A stretch of 64,000 nt of DNA, taken from contig CAVVUN010000012.1 in NCBI GenBank assembly GCA_963751455.1, forward strand, positions 608,001 to 672,000. Direction: 5' to 3'. The translations under genes were made by a program, and so were the position numbers. The stretch is from Nitrospirota bacterium. GTDB lineage: Bacteria > Nitrospirota > UBA9217. How positions within the stretch are numbered: the stretch's first letter is position 1; each line of letters opens with the position of its first letter. Positions 34,960-45,435 of this stretch are shown piece by piece. A model generated the notes under the pieces. That model had not been told where the DNA came from. It did not search any database and saw nothing but the letters and a program-made list of their open reading frames with translations.

Positions 34960-36351
34960 CTATTCCAGTCCGAACTTTTTCACTTGATAGCGCAGCGTAT
35001 CATAACTGATTTTGAGCAATTTCGCCGCCTGGGTCTTGTTTGATTTCGCACGATCCAGCGCCTGCCGAATCAGGTCCTTCTCAACTTCTTCAAGCGCTAT
35101 TCCGGCTTCGGGAAGAATAAATCCGCCCTTGCGTTTATCGTGGGTGCCGTTGTCCTGATGCCCTATCAGCCAATTGGGCAGGTGCTCGGGCTGTATTTCC
35201 TCCGTGCTCTCCAGCACCACGATTCTTTCAATAACATTTCTCAGTTCCCGGACGTTGCCCGGCCAGTCGTATTCCGTCAATAACGCCTCGGCCTTCGGTG
35301 AGAAGCGCTTAATCGACTTTTTATTGTACCCCGTTTTAAAGGATTCGAGAAAGCTTCTCGCAAGCAGCGTTATATCATCCCTCCTCTGCCTCAGCGGCGG
35401 CACATGAAGGTAGAACGTGCTTAACCTGAAAAAAAGATCGCTTCTAAACTCTCCGGTCTCGACCATCTCCGTAAGATTTTTGTTAGTGGTCGAAATGACC
35501 GTAATATCAATCGGTATCTCTTCGCTTCCGCCTACGTGCCTCACGGTCCTCTCTTCCAGCACGCGCAGGAGCTTGGCCTGCAGGCTCAGCTCCATGTCGC
35601 CGATCTCGTCCAGAAGGATTGACCCTCCCTGAGCCAGTTCGAACAGCCCCTTTTTATCGGCTTTGGCGTCCGTAAACGCTCCCTTTTCATGCCCGAAAAG
35701 TTCGCTCTCAAGCAGGGTTTCCGGCAGCGATGCGCAATTGATCTGGATAAACGGCGAAAAACCCGAACTCGTCTGGCCCCGCATTAGTCGATGCGCATAG
35801 CGGGCGAACAGCTCTTTCCCGGTTCCGCTCTCTCCCGTTATCAGAAGGGTCGATACGGAGGCATTCGCAATTTTTTCTATCTTGGCTTTTAAATCAATTA
35901 CCGGCTTGGACTTTCCTATGATTTCCCGATCGAACAGTTCCGAGTTGACTTTCCTGAGATAGTTTACCTCTTCCTTCAGCTTCTGTTTTTCCAGAATATT
36001 GCTTATTACCAGCTTTACTTCTTCTACGTTGAACGGCTTCGTAATATAATCGGCGGCTCCCAGTTTCATGGCCTTCACAGCGGTCTCCGCGGTATCGTCC
36101 GCGGTCAGCATGACTACCTGCGTTGGCACTGCCTGCTCAATCAGTTCCCGCAGGATGTCTACTCCGCTTTTTTCGGGGAGTCTGTTGTCGAGAAGAACGA
36201 CGGAGGGCGACCAGGTCCTGATCTTGTCGATGATGGCGTCGGCGCTCGTTTCCACCCGGACATCATATCCGCTGTTCTTCAAAACGCGGGAGAGCATGGA
36301 AACGATCAGTTCATCGTCATCAATAATAAATATTCTCCCCTTGCTTTTCAC
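34960..36351 (-). CDS. NtrC-family sigma-54-dependent response regulator (minus strand; the track's '+' label is wrong)
   Basis: Reverse complement gives GTG-KSKGRIF...KKFGLE-TAG; REC domain, GESGTGKE, GAFTDA, WPGNVREL, HTH. Confidence 0.92.
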   Translation of the reverse strand: MKSKGRIFIIDDDELIVSMLSRVLKNSGYDVRVETSADAIIDKIRTWSPSVVLLDNRLPEKSGVDILRELIEQAVPTQVVMLTADDTAETAVKAMKLGAADYITKPFNVEEVKLVISNILEKQKLKEEVNYLRKVNSELFDREIIGKSKPVIDLKAKIEKIANASVSTLLITGESGTGKELFARYAHRLMRGQTSSGFSPFIQINCASLPETLLESELFGHEKGAFTDAKADKKGLFELAQGGSILLDEIGDMELSLQAKLLRVLEERTVRHVGGSEEIPIDITVISTTNKNLTEMVETGEFRSDLFFRLSTFYLHVPPLRQRRDDITLLARSFLESFKTGYNKKSIKRFSPKAEALLTEYDWPGNVRELRNVIERIVVLESTEEIQPEHLPNWLIGHQDNGTHDKRKGGFILPEAGIALEEVEKDLIRQALDRAKSNKTQAAKLLKISYDTLRYQVKKFGLE

Positions 36352-36401
36352 TTGATAATGCCTTTCTCCAAAGCTCCTCCCGTCATGACCACCGTGAATA
36401 T

Positions 36402-38243
36402 TTACCCCGCTGACACCCTTTCCTGGTTTGCGGCAGGGAGCCGGATCTTGAACAGGGCGCCCTTGTCCCTGTTGTTTTGAATGCTGATTTTTCCGCCATG
36501 CTCCTCAACCAGCCGCTTCGTGATGGCCAGTCCGAGGCCTGTGCCCTTCGGCTTTGTCGTAAAAAAGGGTTGAAAGAGCTTGTCGATCACGGCGACATCC
36601 ACGCCGGTTCCCGTATCAGATATCTCGACCCCTACGGATGACGATTCCTCGTCGAAAAAGGTCCGCATGACCAGCGTCCCGCCTTCCGGCATGGCGTCGA
36701 CCGCATTCAGGAGGAGGTTCATAAAAATCTGCTGCAGCTGCATGGGATCGGCATGGATCCGGGGAACGCTCGTTTCGAAGTTCCGGACTATGGTGATAGC
36801 GCGCGACCCTTTTCCCGACCTGGACCGGTCCTTCAGAGCCAGGCTCGCGACGGCGTCCAGGATGGTATTGACGTCGGTATCGATGAATTGCGGCTTCGGC
36901 GGCCGGGCAAAACTGAGCACGCTCTTCATCAAATATTCGATGCGCTTAATCTCATCAATGACCTTTGTAAGAACGTCCCGGTCCTCTTCCGTCAAATATG
37001 CCTCTTCGGACAGCGCAGCCATAGTGACTTTGATGCCTGCGAGCGGGTTCTTGATTTCATGCGCCAGCCCGGTCGCCAGTTCGCCGGCGAGCCGTATCTG
37101 CTGGGCTCTTTGAAGCGCCTCCTCAGCCTGTTTTCTCTCGGTGATATCGCGGTCGATAGCGAGGATATATTTGTGCTCACCTACCTCGAACACGGCCGCG
37201 CTGATTTCTACAGGGAAAACCGTGCCGTCTTTTTTCTGATGGGTGATCTCGGTTTGAAGACGCTCTCCGCTCATGAGCCGGTCTATTCGGACCGGAATGC
37301 CCAAAGCCGCGTCCGGCGTATCAAGGTCCCTGATGTTCATGGTAAGCAGCTCATCGACGGTATAGCCGTGCATCTTGGCCGCGGCCTGGTTTGCCTTCAA
37401 TATATCGCCGGTGAACTCGCTGCCGGCGTCCAGAATAAATATCGCGTCGGCGGCGCTCTCGAACAAAAGCCGGTACCGCTTTTCGCTCTCTTCGATGGCC
37501 CGCATATGTTCCCTAAGAGAGCCCGCCATGTCGTTAAAAGCGATCGCCAGCTCCGCAAACTCGTCCTTCAGGCCTTCGATCCGGTAGTCCAGGTCCCCTG
37601 TCTTTATCCGTTTCGTAGCGCCGAGAAGAATATCGATCGGCTTTGTTAAACTTTTTATCGCTGTGAAAACCGATACTCCTACGAGCAGGGGACCGAAGGC
37701 AACCAGGATAAGCACGATCATTTTGGTACGGTGCAGTCCGCGAAGAGAGTGCTCGGTCTGTTCCCATAGTTTTTTGTGTGTCGCCACGATCACGGTGTCG
37801 ACTTTGCCGATCAGCGAATCTCCGATAATACGCGCTTTTTCATGGGCCTCTTGGAGTCCGTGCGCTTTCTTGACCTGGAGATCCAATACCCGGTTCAATG
37901 CGCCGCTGTATTGGCCGATCTGCTGCTGTATGTCGCTGAGCCGTTCGTTCACTTCGTCGGTATGATGGCAATCAAAGCAGCTGTTGATCCCGTTTACCAT
38001 GTCGCTGACATGATTCAGAATAGCATCGCGGCTTTCCGGGTGCCGTGTTGTCTGGGAGTACAGATCTTCCTGTACACGATGGATATCGAGCAGAAGATGC
38101 TCGCGGAGGATTTCGACCTGGTGCAGCATGATAAGCTTGTTGAAATTATCGGCGCTGCGTTCGATCGCGATGATCAAATAAGTGCCGCCCGCGAATGCGA
38201 GCAGCGAAAAAAAGGTGAATATGATAATGATCTTTTTTTTCAT
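36402..38243 (-). CDS. Sensor histidine kinase: TM, periplasmic domain with CxxCH, TM, HAMP, PAS, HisKA, HATPase
   Basis: CFDCH at 37965-37979 between two TM segments; AHEIKNPL, NLLLNA, DTGTG, GTGLGL. Confidence 0.92.
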   Translation of the reverse strand: MKKKIIIIFTFFSLLAFAGGTYLIIAIERSADNFNKLIMLHQVEILREHLLLDIHRVQEDLYSQTTRHPESRDAILNHVSDMVNGINSCFDCHHTDEVNERLSDIQQQIGQYSGALNRVLDLQVKKAHGLQEAHEKARIIGDSLIGKVDTVIVATHKKLWEQTEHSLRGLHRTKMIVLILVAFGPLLVGVSVFTAIKSLTKPIDILLGATKRIKTGDLDYRIEGLKDEFAELAIAFNDMAGSLREHMRAIEESEKRYRLLFESAADAIFILDAGSEFTGDILKANQAAAKMHGYTVDELLTMNIRDLDTPDAALGIPVRIDRLMSGERLQTEITHQKKDGTVFPVEISAAVFEVGEHKYILAIDRDITERKQAEEALQRAQQIRLAGELATGLAHEIKNPLAGIKVTMAALSEEAYLTEEDRDVLTKVIDEIKRIEYLMKSVLSFARPPKPQFIDTDVNTILDAVASLALKDRSRSGKGSRAITIVRNFETSVPRIHADPMQLQQIFMNLLLNAVDAMPEGGTLVMRTFFDEESSSVGVEISDTGTGVDVAVIDKLFQPFFTTKPKGTGLGLAITKRLVEEHGGKISIQNNRDKGALFKIRLPAANQERVSAG

Positions 38244-38625
38244 CGGAAATGAGCAGCGCTCGGCTAACGAGCGATGCTCGGAATGCGTTTTCTATTCTAA
38301 AGGACTGGACCTCCAGGATCCCGGAGCATGGCATTGACAGATAATTATATAATACAAAAGTTTATGAAATCGTTACATAATATATCAGTTATCCGATACT
38401 TGTCAATACAACAAGCAGTAGCGGTTTCAGTCTGATTTTAGGGAATTTGCGGCGAAGAAAGGCCCTCGGGAGGCCAGTGAAGATAAATTGACGTTGAATA
38501 TTAGGTAATTAGGAGAATTTAGACGAGAGTTTTAACGCAAAAACAGATACAGGGAAATGCTCGTCAATATTTTTTAAGCGTTTACGGACCAAGTAATAAA
38601 GAAACAGATCTATCGGACATCCGGT

Positions 38626-39171
38626 TTACGCTGCCCGGCGTTTGCTTACCGCTACCCTGGCCGCCTGAGGGCCTTCTTTCCCCTGCTCCTCAATAAACGT
38701 GACGTCTGTTCCGATCTTTAACCGGCCAAAGTCCTCGTTGAGCAGGCTGTTGCGATGAAAATAGACGTCCCGTTCATCGGATGTCCGTATAAAGCCATAC
38801 TCCTCGCGCGGAAAAATTTTGATGAGTCGGCCGGTCAGCGGTTCCTCGTGGTTTTTTACGTCGCCTCGCTGACGACGTGCATGCTCCTCCAGCCGCCTCG
38901 CTGCTGCGTTAAAAGCATCCCTGATCGCAATGTAAATGTCTTCGTTTTCCTCGCGGGTAACTGCAATCTCCTTGCGCGGCACAGTTATGTCGATGCGAAC
39001 TTCGTACTGTTTTCCCTGGTGCTGCCTCCGCTGACTGCTGTCGACCACGACACGGCAACTCATGATTCTATCGTGGAATTTGTCCAGCTTCGCCGCCTTT
39101 TCATTGATATTTACTTCGATTGCTTCGGAATAAGGAATATTGCGGAAAGTGACCTGGAGAGGAAGTCTCAT
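38626..39171 (-). CDS. HPF/RaiA ribosome-associated protein fused to a cold-shock domain
   Basis: MRLPLQVTFRN...AIRDAF..A.RRL; C-terminal YGFI...VYFHRNS...GPQA; RBS GGAGG. Confidence 0.88.
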   Translation of the reverse strand: MRLPLQVTFRNIPYSEAIEVNINEKAAKLDKFHDRIMSCRVVVDSSQRRQHQGKQYEVRIDITVPRKEIAVTREENEDIYIAIRDAFNAAARRLEEHARRQRGDVKNHEEPLTGRLIKIFPREEYGFIRTSDERDVYFHRNSLLNEDFGRLKIGTDVTFIEEQGKEGPQAARVAVSKRRAA

Positions 39172-39249
39172 AAAAATACCTCCAAAAAATCGTTCTAAAT
39201 AAAACGTAGCACAAAAAGTTTCATGTGTCAAATCGGTGGGGCCGCATTC

Positions 39250-39347
39250 GCAGAGCGCATGGTGCATAGCGCAGAGCGTATAAAAGCAGCTCTTTACTTT
39301 ACTGTCTTCTCTTTTCTCTTTGCTCCATGCGCTATGCGCTATGCTGC
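39250..39347. repeat. Intergenic palindrome with 7-nt periodic arms
   Basis: GCAGAGCGCATGGTGCATAGCGCAGAGCG ... CTTTGCTCCATGCGCTATGCGCTATGC. Confidence 0.6.
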
Positions 39348-39348
39348 C

Positions 39349-41688
39349 TCACGCGGTAAGGCGCTGGTAAATTTCAGTGATGCGGCTGGGCAGCTTCCGT
39401 ACGTCGTCGATAAAGACATAGCCCGCCCGACCGAACATATGGGGAAGGTAGGTTTGTGCCTCGTGATCTATTGTTATGCAGAAGGGATGGATGCCCTGCA
39501 TCCTGGCTTCGATCAGCGCTTTGCGCGTGTCCTCGACCCCGTAATCCCCCTTATAGCCGTCCCAATCTTCGGGTTTGCCGTCGCTCAGCGTTATCAGAAG
39601 CCGCGTCCGGGCCTCAACTATCTTGAGAAGGCTGGACGAATGGCGGATGAACGGGCCCATGCGCGTATAATCTTTGGTCGTGATGCCGGCGATACGGCTC
39701 TTGACAATGTCGTTGTATCGCTCATTAAACCCTTTGACACGATACAGGTCGCAGCGATTCCTCGTCATGCCGGAAAACCCGTAGACCGCGTAGAGATCGC
39801 CCAGTGTTTCAAGAGCCTCGATCATGAGAACAAGCGATTCTTTTTCCGCCTGGTTTACCCACCCCCGAGTGGATCCGCTCATATCGAGGAGAAAAAGAAC
39901 CGCGATGCTCCGCTCCTGGCGGTCGGTCCTGTTGTAGATATTCTCGCATGGCGAAGCACCCGCCCTGCCGTCGACAAAACACGCGACAGCAGCGTCGAAA
40001 TCTATTTCGTCTCCGTCCTTTTGCCGCCTTTGCAGCCTGCGCTCGCGTTTGAGCAGCTCAAACTTTTTTCGAAGAACCGTAACGTATCCGCTGTACCGTT
40101 TGAGCGTCCGCCCCACAAAGGGTTTGTCTCCAGGATACATGTCATGCTCGAACAAAGTGCACCAGCCCTTTTTATATCCGCCGCGCTTGTAATCCCACTC
40201 GTCGTATTTAAGCCCGCCGTCGGCGGTTCCGGTTTCCTCTTCTTCAAACGGGTCGACGAGCGTAAACAGTATTCCGGCCCCCATGTCGCTTCCTTTAATG
40301 AGGGTGCTGCCGGGTATGCCGCCTTTCTCTTCAATAATCGATTTCAACTCCTCGTCAAGCTTGAGCAGTTTTCCTTTAATCAGGAGATATTCTTTTGACG
40401 GCTCGAGCAGCGGCGCCGGGGAGCCGTTTTTATCGGGATGCCGTTCGGGTATTAAGTCGGGTATTTCCGTAAGCTTCGTGATTATGCTTTCCAGTTTTTT
40501 CCTATGACCGTCTTTGAGTTCGTTGCGCCGCGCAGATATCTTTTCCGGCCGTATTTTGCCCATAAACAGAGGGACCGGCGGAGACGTATACTCCCCGGAG
40601 AGAGAGGTCGCTACATCGTAAAAATCGAACAGCAGTCTGACGGACTCCTCGGGCCCGTGCTCCGGCTGAAGGCCTGAAAGCGCGGCTATGGCTTTCATGA
40701 GGAAGGGCGGCGCGGGGCCTTTCGTTTTTCCCGCAAGACAAAACTGCCATAGTCCTTCCACAAAAGCGGCCTTTTCGGAAAGAAGTCCGATTTTTTGCCG
40801 TTCCTGATAAAGGGCGTTTTTGATCTCCGCTGCCTCTTTCATAAGTCCGGGCAGTTCCTGCCTCAGAAAGGCATCTATTCGAAACGAATCGATGATCGTG
40901 TAGAGATCAAGGGAAAGGTCCCGCTCGGGGAAGAGATTCAGGAGTGCATCGATCCCGATCCGGTCGAGCGGATAATTGCTGAACCGGCTGGTCATCCTTT
41001 TTATATCAACGTCCGCGGTAAGCGTACCGAGCGAAAGCTGGGCCCAGGCATAGGCGGCCGAAAGTTTGTACAGCAGAAAATTATCCTGCCGTTCCGCGAA
41101 CCTCTTGACCGAGCCGGGAAGATACAGGGTGACCGTATCCGTATAGATTTGGTCGTCCTGCCCGATCTTGAGCTCGCGCCCCGACATCGCGCGCAGGTAC
41201 GTTTCGAGCAGGGGGGCCGTATCGGACAGGCGAATCGCTTCCTGCGACTGAAATTTGGCAAGATCGCGGGGAGTCACGCTGGACAAAAATTCAAGACCAC
41301 GGTCCATGCCGTGGGAATCAAGGAGGTCGAAGGCTGCAGTTACCCACAGGTCGAGATCGTCAAGGGGAAAAAATCGCGACGCCGTTTTTGTGTTCCGGAG
41401 CGCGGCCGGCACAAGAGAAGAGCTTGCGTGGGAGAGGGCAAGCGAAAGCGCAAGAATTTTCTGCCTGACCCGGGGATCGTAGGAATCTATTTCCCGCAGA
41501 ATGTGCTCTATCTCTGCGTCCTCGATCGAATCGAGATACAAGTTCCTGATCAAGGTATTTCGCAGTTCGGCGAATTGCTCGGCGTTGATGTCCATACCGG
41601 GAAACCCCTCCGCGCGCCGAAAAGACGCGCCCAGCGACGCCTCTTGAGCAGCAGGACCACTCGGTCTCAGCCTGTGCAATGCCTTCAA
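39349..41688 (-). CDS. NorD/CbbO-like VWA-domain protein
   Basis: [46 protein letters not shown]. Confidence 0.88.
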   Translation of the reverse strand: MKALHRLRPSGPAAQEASLGASFRRAEGFPGMDINAEQFAELRNTLIRNLYLDSIEDAEIEHILREIDSYDPRVRQKILALSLALSHASSSLVPAALRNTKTASRFFPLDDLDLWVTAAFDLLDSHGMDRGLEFLSSVTPRDLAKFQSQEAIRLSDTAPLLETYLRAMSGRELKIGQDDQIYTDTVTLYLPGSVKRFAERQDNFLLYKLSAAYAWAQLSLGTLTADVDIKRMTSRFSNYPLDRIGIDALLNLFPERDLSLDLYTIIDSFRIDAFLRQELPGLMKEAAEIKNALYQERQKIGLLSEKAAFVEGLWQFCLAGKTKGPAPPFLMKAIAALSGLQPEHGPEESVRLLFDFYDVATSLSGEYTSPPVPLFMGKIRPEKISARRNELKDGHRKKLESIITKLTEIPDLIPERHPDKNGSPAPLLEPSKEYLLIKGKLLKLDEELKSIIEEKGGIPGSTLIKGSDMGAGILFTLVDPFEEEETGTADGGLKYDEWDYKRGGYKKGWCTLFEHDMYPGDKPFVGRTLKRYSGYVTVLRKKFELLKRERRLQRRQKDGDEIDFDAAVACFVDGRAGASPCENIYNRTDRQERSIAVLFLLDMSGSTRGWVNQAEKESLVLMIEALETLGDLYAVYGFSGMTRNRCDLYRVKGFNERYNDIVKSRIAGITTKDYTRMGPFIRHSSSLLKIVEARTRLLITLSDGKPEDWDGYKGDYGVEDTRKALIEARMQGIHPFCITIDHEAQTYLPHMFGRAGYVFIDDVRKLPSRITEIYQRLTA

Positions 41689-42524
41689 AAAAGGGAGGTG
41701 ATGATCTCTCTCAGTGATGCCAGCATATCACGGTCATCGGTAAGCGGCTCCGCCACGGAACTTTCGCATGCCTTCCTCGGCTCGATGCCGCTGGAGATCA
41801 GTTTTGCCGCGTGGATGAGCAGCCTGGTGCTCGCTCCTTCTGTAAGGCCGCGGTCCTTCAGATTCCGGGTCTTTTCGGCAAGACTCACGAGACTGAGCGC
41901 TATATCTTCGCGGATGCCCGATTCGTGCATTACGATCTCTGCCTCCATATCCTGGTCAGGATACGTAAAATCGAGGGCCAGAAAACGCTGTCGTGTGCTT
42001 TGCTTCAGGTCCTTAAGCACGCTCTGGTAACCCGGGTTGTAGGACAACACGATGAGGAATTCGGGTTCGGCCTTGAGGACTTCTCCTTTTTTCTCGATAG
42101 GCAGCATCCTGCGATCGTCCGTCAGGGAATGGATCACGACGATCGTATCTTTTCGCGCTTCAACTATTTCATCGAGATAACAAAAGGCCCCTGACTTAAC
42201 CGCGATCGTAAGCGGTCCATCAATCCAGGCCGTCTCGCCGCCCCGTATGAGGTATCGGCCGACGAGATCCGAGGCAGTAAGATCATCATGACAGGGAACG
42301 GTGATAAGGGGCCTCTTGAGCTTCCATGCCATGTATTGCATAAACCGGGTCTTCCCGCACCCGGTCGGGCCCTTCAGAAGCACGGGAATCCTGTTACGAT
42401 ACGCGGATTCGAAGAGTTCCTTTTCGTTGCTTTGCGCCAGATAGTACGGTTCATCCGTAATCAGGTACTGTCCGTTATCCGCTGGTCCGGGTTTCATACG
42501 CGCCCCCTCTTGCTGTTTGATCAT
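41685..42524 (-). CDS. CbbQ/NirQ/NorQ MoxR-type AAA+ ATPase
   Basis: [52 protein letters not shown]. Confidence 0.93.
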   Translation of the reverse strand: MIKQQEGARMKPGPADNGQYLITDEPYYLAQSNEKELFESAYRNRIPVLLKGPTGCGKTRFMQYMAWKLKRPLITVPCHDDLTASDLVGRYLIRGGETAWIDGPLTIAVKSGAFCYLDEIVEARKDTIVVIHSLTDDRRMLPIEKKGEVLKAEPEFLIVLSYNPGYQSVLKDLKQSTRQRFLALDFTYPDQDMEAEIVMHESGIREDIALSLVSLAEKTRNLKDRGLTEGASTRLLIHAAKLISSGIEPRKACESSVAEPLTDDRDMLASLREIITSLF

Positions 42525-42545
42525 ACGTTTGCTCGCGACGCCAGA

Positions 42546-43289
42546 TCATGCCTGCTTTCTTTCTCCGCAGCTCGGACAATCGGGGTCCTTGCGGATCCTG
42601 TATTTCTTAAAATCGGTTGTGGCCCCTTCCCATACCAGGAGTTGGCCCTTTACCGTGGTGCCCATGCCCGCAAGATACTTCAAGGCCTCGAGCGCCTGAA
42701 GAGAGCCGATAACCGCGGGAGTTGCGCCGATAACCGGAAATACCTCTTTCGGAGGGGCCTCGGGGAAAATACAGCGCAGGCATGGCGTATCGGGCGAGTG
42801 AATAAATGAAAGACGGCCGTCGATACCCCATATGCTTCCGTACACAAGCGGTATTTTCTTTCTCATTGCGCATTCGTTCAGCAGGAACCGGGTCGGAAAG
42901 TTGTCCATACAATCGAGGATGATGTCGGAATTCCCAACAAGTTCATCCACGTTATCCTCGACTATCTTTTCGGTAAAAGCAGTAACCTGTATATCCGGAT
43001 TGAGCCGCTCGAGGGTCATCTTGCCCGACAGTGCCTTGTTGGTGCCGATCCTGGTATGGTCGTGGAGAATCTGGCGGTTCAGGTTTGACCAGTCAGGCGA
43101 GTCAAAGTCGCAGATCCTGATATTTCCTATACCGGCAACGGCAAGATATATCGAAACGGGCGACCCGAGTCCTCCGGCCCCCGCAATGAATACCGTCGAC
43201 TTTTTCAGTTTTTTCTGCGTTTCTTCACCCCACCCCTCTATCATCATCTGCCTGGTATAACGTTTGTGCTCCTGTTCTGAAAGACTCAT
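42546..43289 (-). CDS. ThiF/MoeB/HesA family adenylyltransferase
   Basis: RYTRQ, GAGGLGS, SNLNRQ, CxxC...CxxC. Confidence 0.92.
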   Translation of the reverse strand: MSLSEQEHKRYTRQMMIEGWGEETQKKLKKSTVFIAGAGGLGSPVSIYLAVAGIGNIRICDFDSPDWSNLNRQILHDHTRIGTNKALSGKMTLERLNPDIQVTAFTEKIVEDNVDELVGNSDIILDCMDNFPTRFLLNECAMRKKIPLVYGSIWGIDGRLSFIHSPDTPCLRCIFPEAPPKEVFPVIGATPAVIGSLQALEALKYLAGMGTTVKGQLLVWEGATTDFKKYRIRKDPDCPSCGERKQA

Positions 43290-43372
43290 TTCCCCCCCTT
43301 TTTTAGTTTCAAAGTCCGAGTGTCACGGTATCAGAGTAACGATACTGCTTTGACACTATGATACTTTGACTC

Positions 43373-44239
43373 TCATAGCCCTGGCCGTTCCTTCAGTCTT
43401 ACCCGAGCTTTTCTGAGCAGTGTCTCGGGCGCATAGGAAGACTTGAAAACGCGCAGGTTTTCCTTATCGAGATCCTGCTCCAAGTTGAGATAGGTATACA
43501 TCGGCGGCAGGATGCCGGCAAAATTGTTGAACATGTATTGATAAATCCCCTTGAATTTGATCCGGGCCTTTGCAAAGTGGAGGACGAACGTCGTGGAATT
43601 CAGTTCCTCTCCGAGCACAAACCCCGCCGGCTCGTTGTTTGCATAGTACATGCCTCCGCACAGGACAAGCTCTTCGTAGCGGTCCAAAGCCTCGAGACAC
43701 GGCCCGTAATCCGATTCGTCTTCTTTCATATCGGTCGTCGATCGCCAGTCCTCCAGGACAAACCGCGCTTCTCCCAGAAGATCATTCGTGAGCGGACAGG
43801 CGTCATGGGTATACGCTTCCAGGAACTGCTTCAGCAAATTTCTCTTTTTATGGAGATTCCTTCCCTTGAAGGTGCTCATTTTTTCGACTGTGTAGAGATA
43901 GTCCGCATCGCCCTCCACAAAGCTCAACTCAAACCCATCGGCCGCGAACGGCTCAAGCCACGCTTCCGGTATCGGATACAGGAATTCGACGCCCTGCAGC
44001 AGCTGTTTAATGTATCCGATATCGAGTTTCCGAAGGTCGAGAGTGGGCATGAGATAGCGATGGCCGTCATAAGATCTGCCCTGGATGAATATTTCGTTGT
44101 CAAAAATAACCTCATAGTCGTGATGCGAGCGAAACAGGTAAAGATTTGCGAACGTATATTCCGACAGTTCCGGATTCAATGCCTTAAGGCGGTGAAAAAG
44201 GACGTCCTTATGTCCGATGCTCAATTTTTCGCTCCGCAT
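43373..44239 (-). CDS. DUF2156 / GNAT-like (phosphatidylglycerol lysyltransferase-domain) protein
   Basis: SEYTFANLY, DYLY...GR...KRN, HFAKA...GIYQ, NLEQDL...LR.FK.SY.P. Confidence 0.8.
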   Translation of the reverse strand: MRSEKLSIGHKDVLFHRLKALNPELSEYTFANLYLFRSHHDYEVIFDNEIFIQGRSYDGHRYLMPTLDLRKLDIGYIKQLLQGVEFLYPIPEAWLEPFAADGFELSFVEGDADYLYTVEKMSTFKGRNLHKKRNLLKQFLEAYTHDACPLTNDLLGEARFVLEDWRSTTDMKEDESDYGPCLEALDRYEELVLCGGMYYANNEPAGFVLGEELNSTTFVLHFAKARIKFKGIYQYMFNNFAGILPPMYTYLNLEQDLDKENLRVFKSSYAPETLLRKARVRLKERPGL

Positions 44240-44420
44240 AACGCTACTATAATAGATAGCATATTTTTGTCAAGGCTTGTGGCGGTGTGAAGGTTTTATT
44301 GCGTTTTTTCGCGTTCTTATGCTTATCCTGAAAATAGGCGAAGCCGTTCTGTCTACCGGTTTTTTGCTATACTGAAATCAAAGAATGACCATGAGCTGTA
44401 AATCCATAAAGGAGGCTTTT

Positions 44421-45206
44421 ATGCTCGTCATCGCTGATAATTTGAATATACGGAATTCGGCTTACCGCGAAGCCGTAAAGAAGAAGGACAGGAAAGCTAT
44501 AGAAACAATGTCAAAAGAACTTGCATCGCTTGGAGCTGATATGATCAACATACAGGTGTCGTCCGACAGCGACGGCGATGAAGATGTCCTGCCGTTCGTA
44601 GTGGATACCGTGCAGCAGGCTTTGGATCTGCCGCTCTGCCTGGATTCCAGAAACGTAGCGGCGCTGGCGAAGGCGGTGCCTCTCTGCAAGGAACCGCCGA
44701 TCATCAACTATATCTCGGCGGACGAGAAAAATGCCGACGTGTTCTTGAAGCTGATCAGGGAGACAAAATCGAACCTCGTGATCAGGGCGGTCAAGGGTAC
44801 TGTTCCTATGACGCTCGAGGCAAAGCTAATGATAATAGAAGATCTGATCGAGAAAGCAAATGCCGCGGATATTCCGAACGAACGCCTCTTTGCCGACCCT
44901 TCGGTTGTTCATATCGGAAAGGCGATGGGCCAGGAGCATCTGCTGAACGCGCACGAGAGCATCGTCGTGCTGAACGAGATGGTAGACCCTCCGATCAACA
45001 CCGTGATCTGGCTCTCAAATGTCACGACCGGGCTGCCCCGGAACATCAAATCACGGGTCGCCGCAACATACCTTTCATATCTTGCCGGGGCCGGGCTGCA
45101 TGCCGCCATGCTCAATGTGAAGGACCCGGAGATCATGAACACCGTCTATTTGATTAAAACGTTCCGTGACGAGATAACCTTTGCGGCAGCGGACATTGCT
45201 GCGTAA
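44421..45206 (+). CDS. Pterin-binding TIM-barrel, AcsE/MeTr-like methyltetrahydrofolate:corrinoid methyltransferase
   Basis: MLVIADNLN, GADMI, PLCLDS, IINYIS, ADP, LSNV, AGL.AAM; RBS GGAGG. Confidence 0.7.
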   Translation: MLVIADNLNIRNSAYREAVKKKDRKAIETMSKELASLGADMINIQVSSDSDGDEDVLPFVVDTVQQALDLPLCLDSRNVAALAKAVPLCKEPPIINYISADEKNADVFLKLIRETKSNLVIRAVKGTVPMTLEAKLMIIEDLIEKANAADIPNERLFADPSVVHIGKAMGQEHLLNAHESIVVLNEMVDPPINTVIWLSNVTTGLPRNIKSRVAATYLSYLAGAGLHAAMLNVKDPEIMNTVYLIKTFRDEITFAAADIAA

Positions 45207-45435
45207 AAAAGGCGGAAGGCTGGAAAAAAAGGGCGAGGGACGATGGACGCAGGAGCTGGCCGTTCGTCCACTGTTCTTCGCCTCTTCTTTTTGCTGGAAC
45301 ATGTCAAAGCGAAAAATAATTAAGGTCTCTCATGAATGGTTTAGATCCTTAACATCGTCTCTTTCACCTGCAAGTCTTACCACCGCAAAGCGAAGCGGTG
45401 GGAGGCCGCATGAGCTCAGGCAATAGACAGCAAGA

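Noticed and set aside
34960-36351. ORF track labels this NtrC-type gene as + strand
   Set aside because: The protein is encoded by the reverse complement (CTA at 34960 is the stop, CAC at 36349-36351 is the GTG start).
39223-42030. Long + strand ORFs (391 aa and 411 aa)
   Set aside because: Antisense shadows of the VWA and CbbQ genes, with no recognisable motifs.
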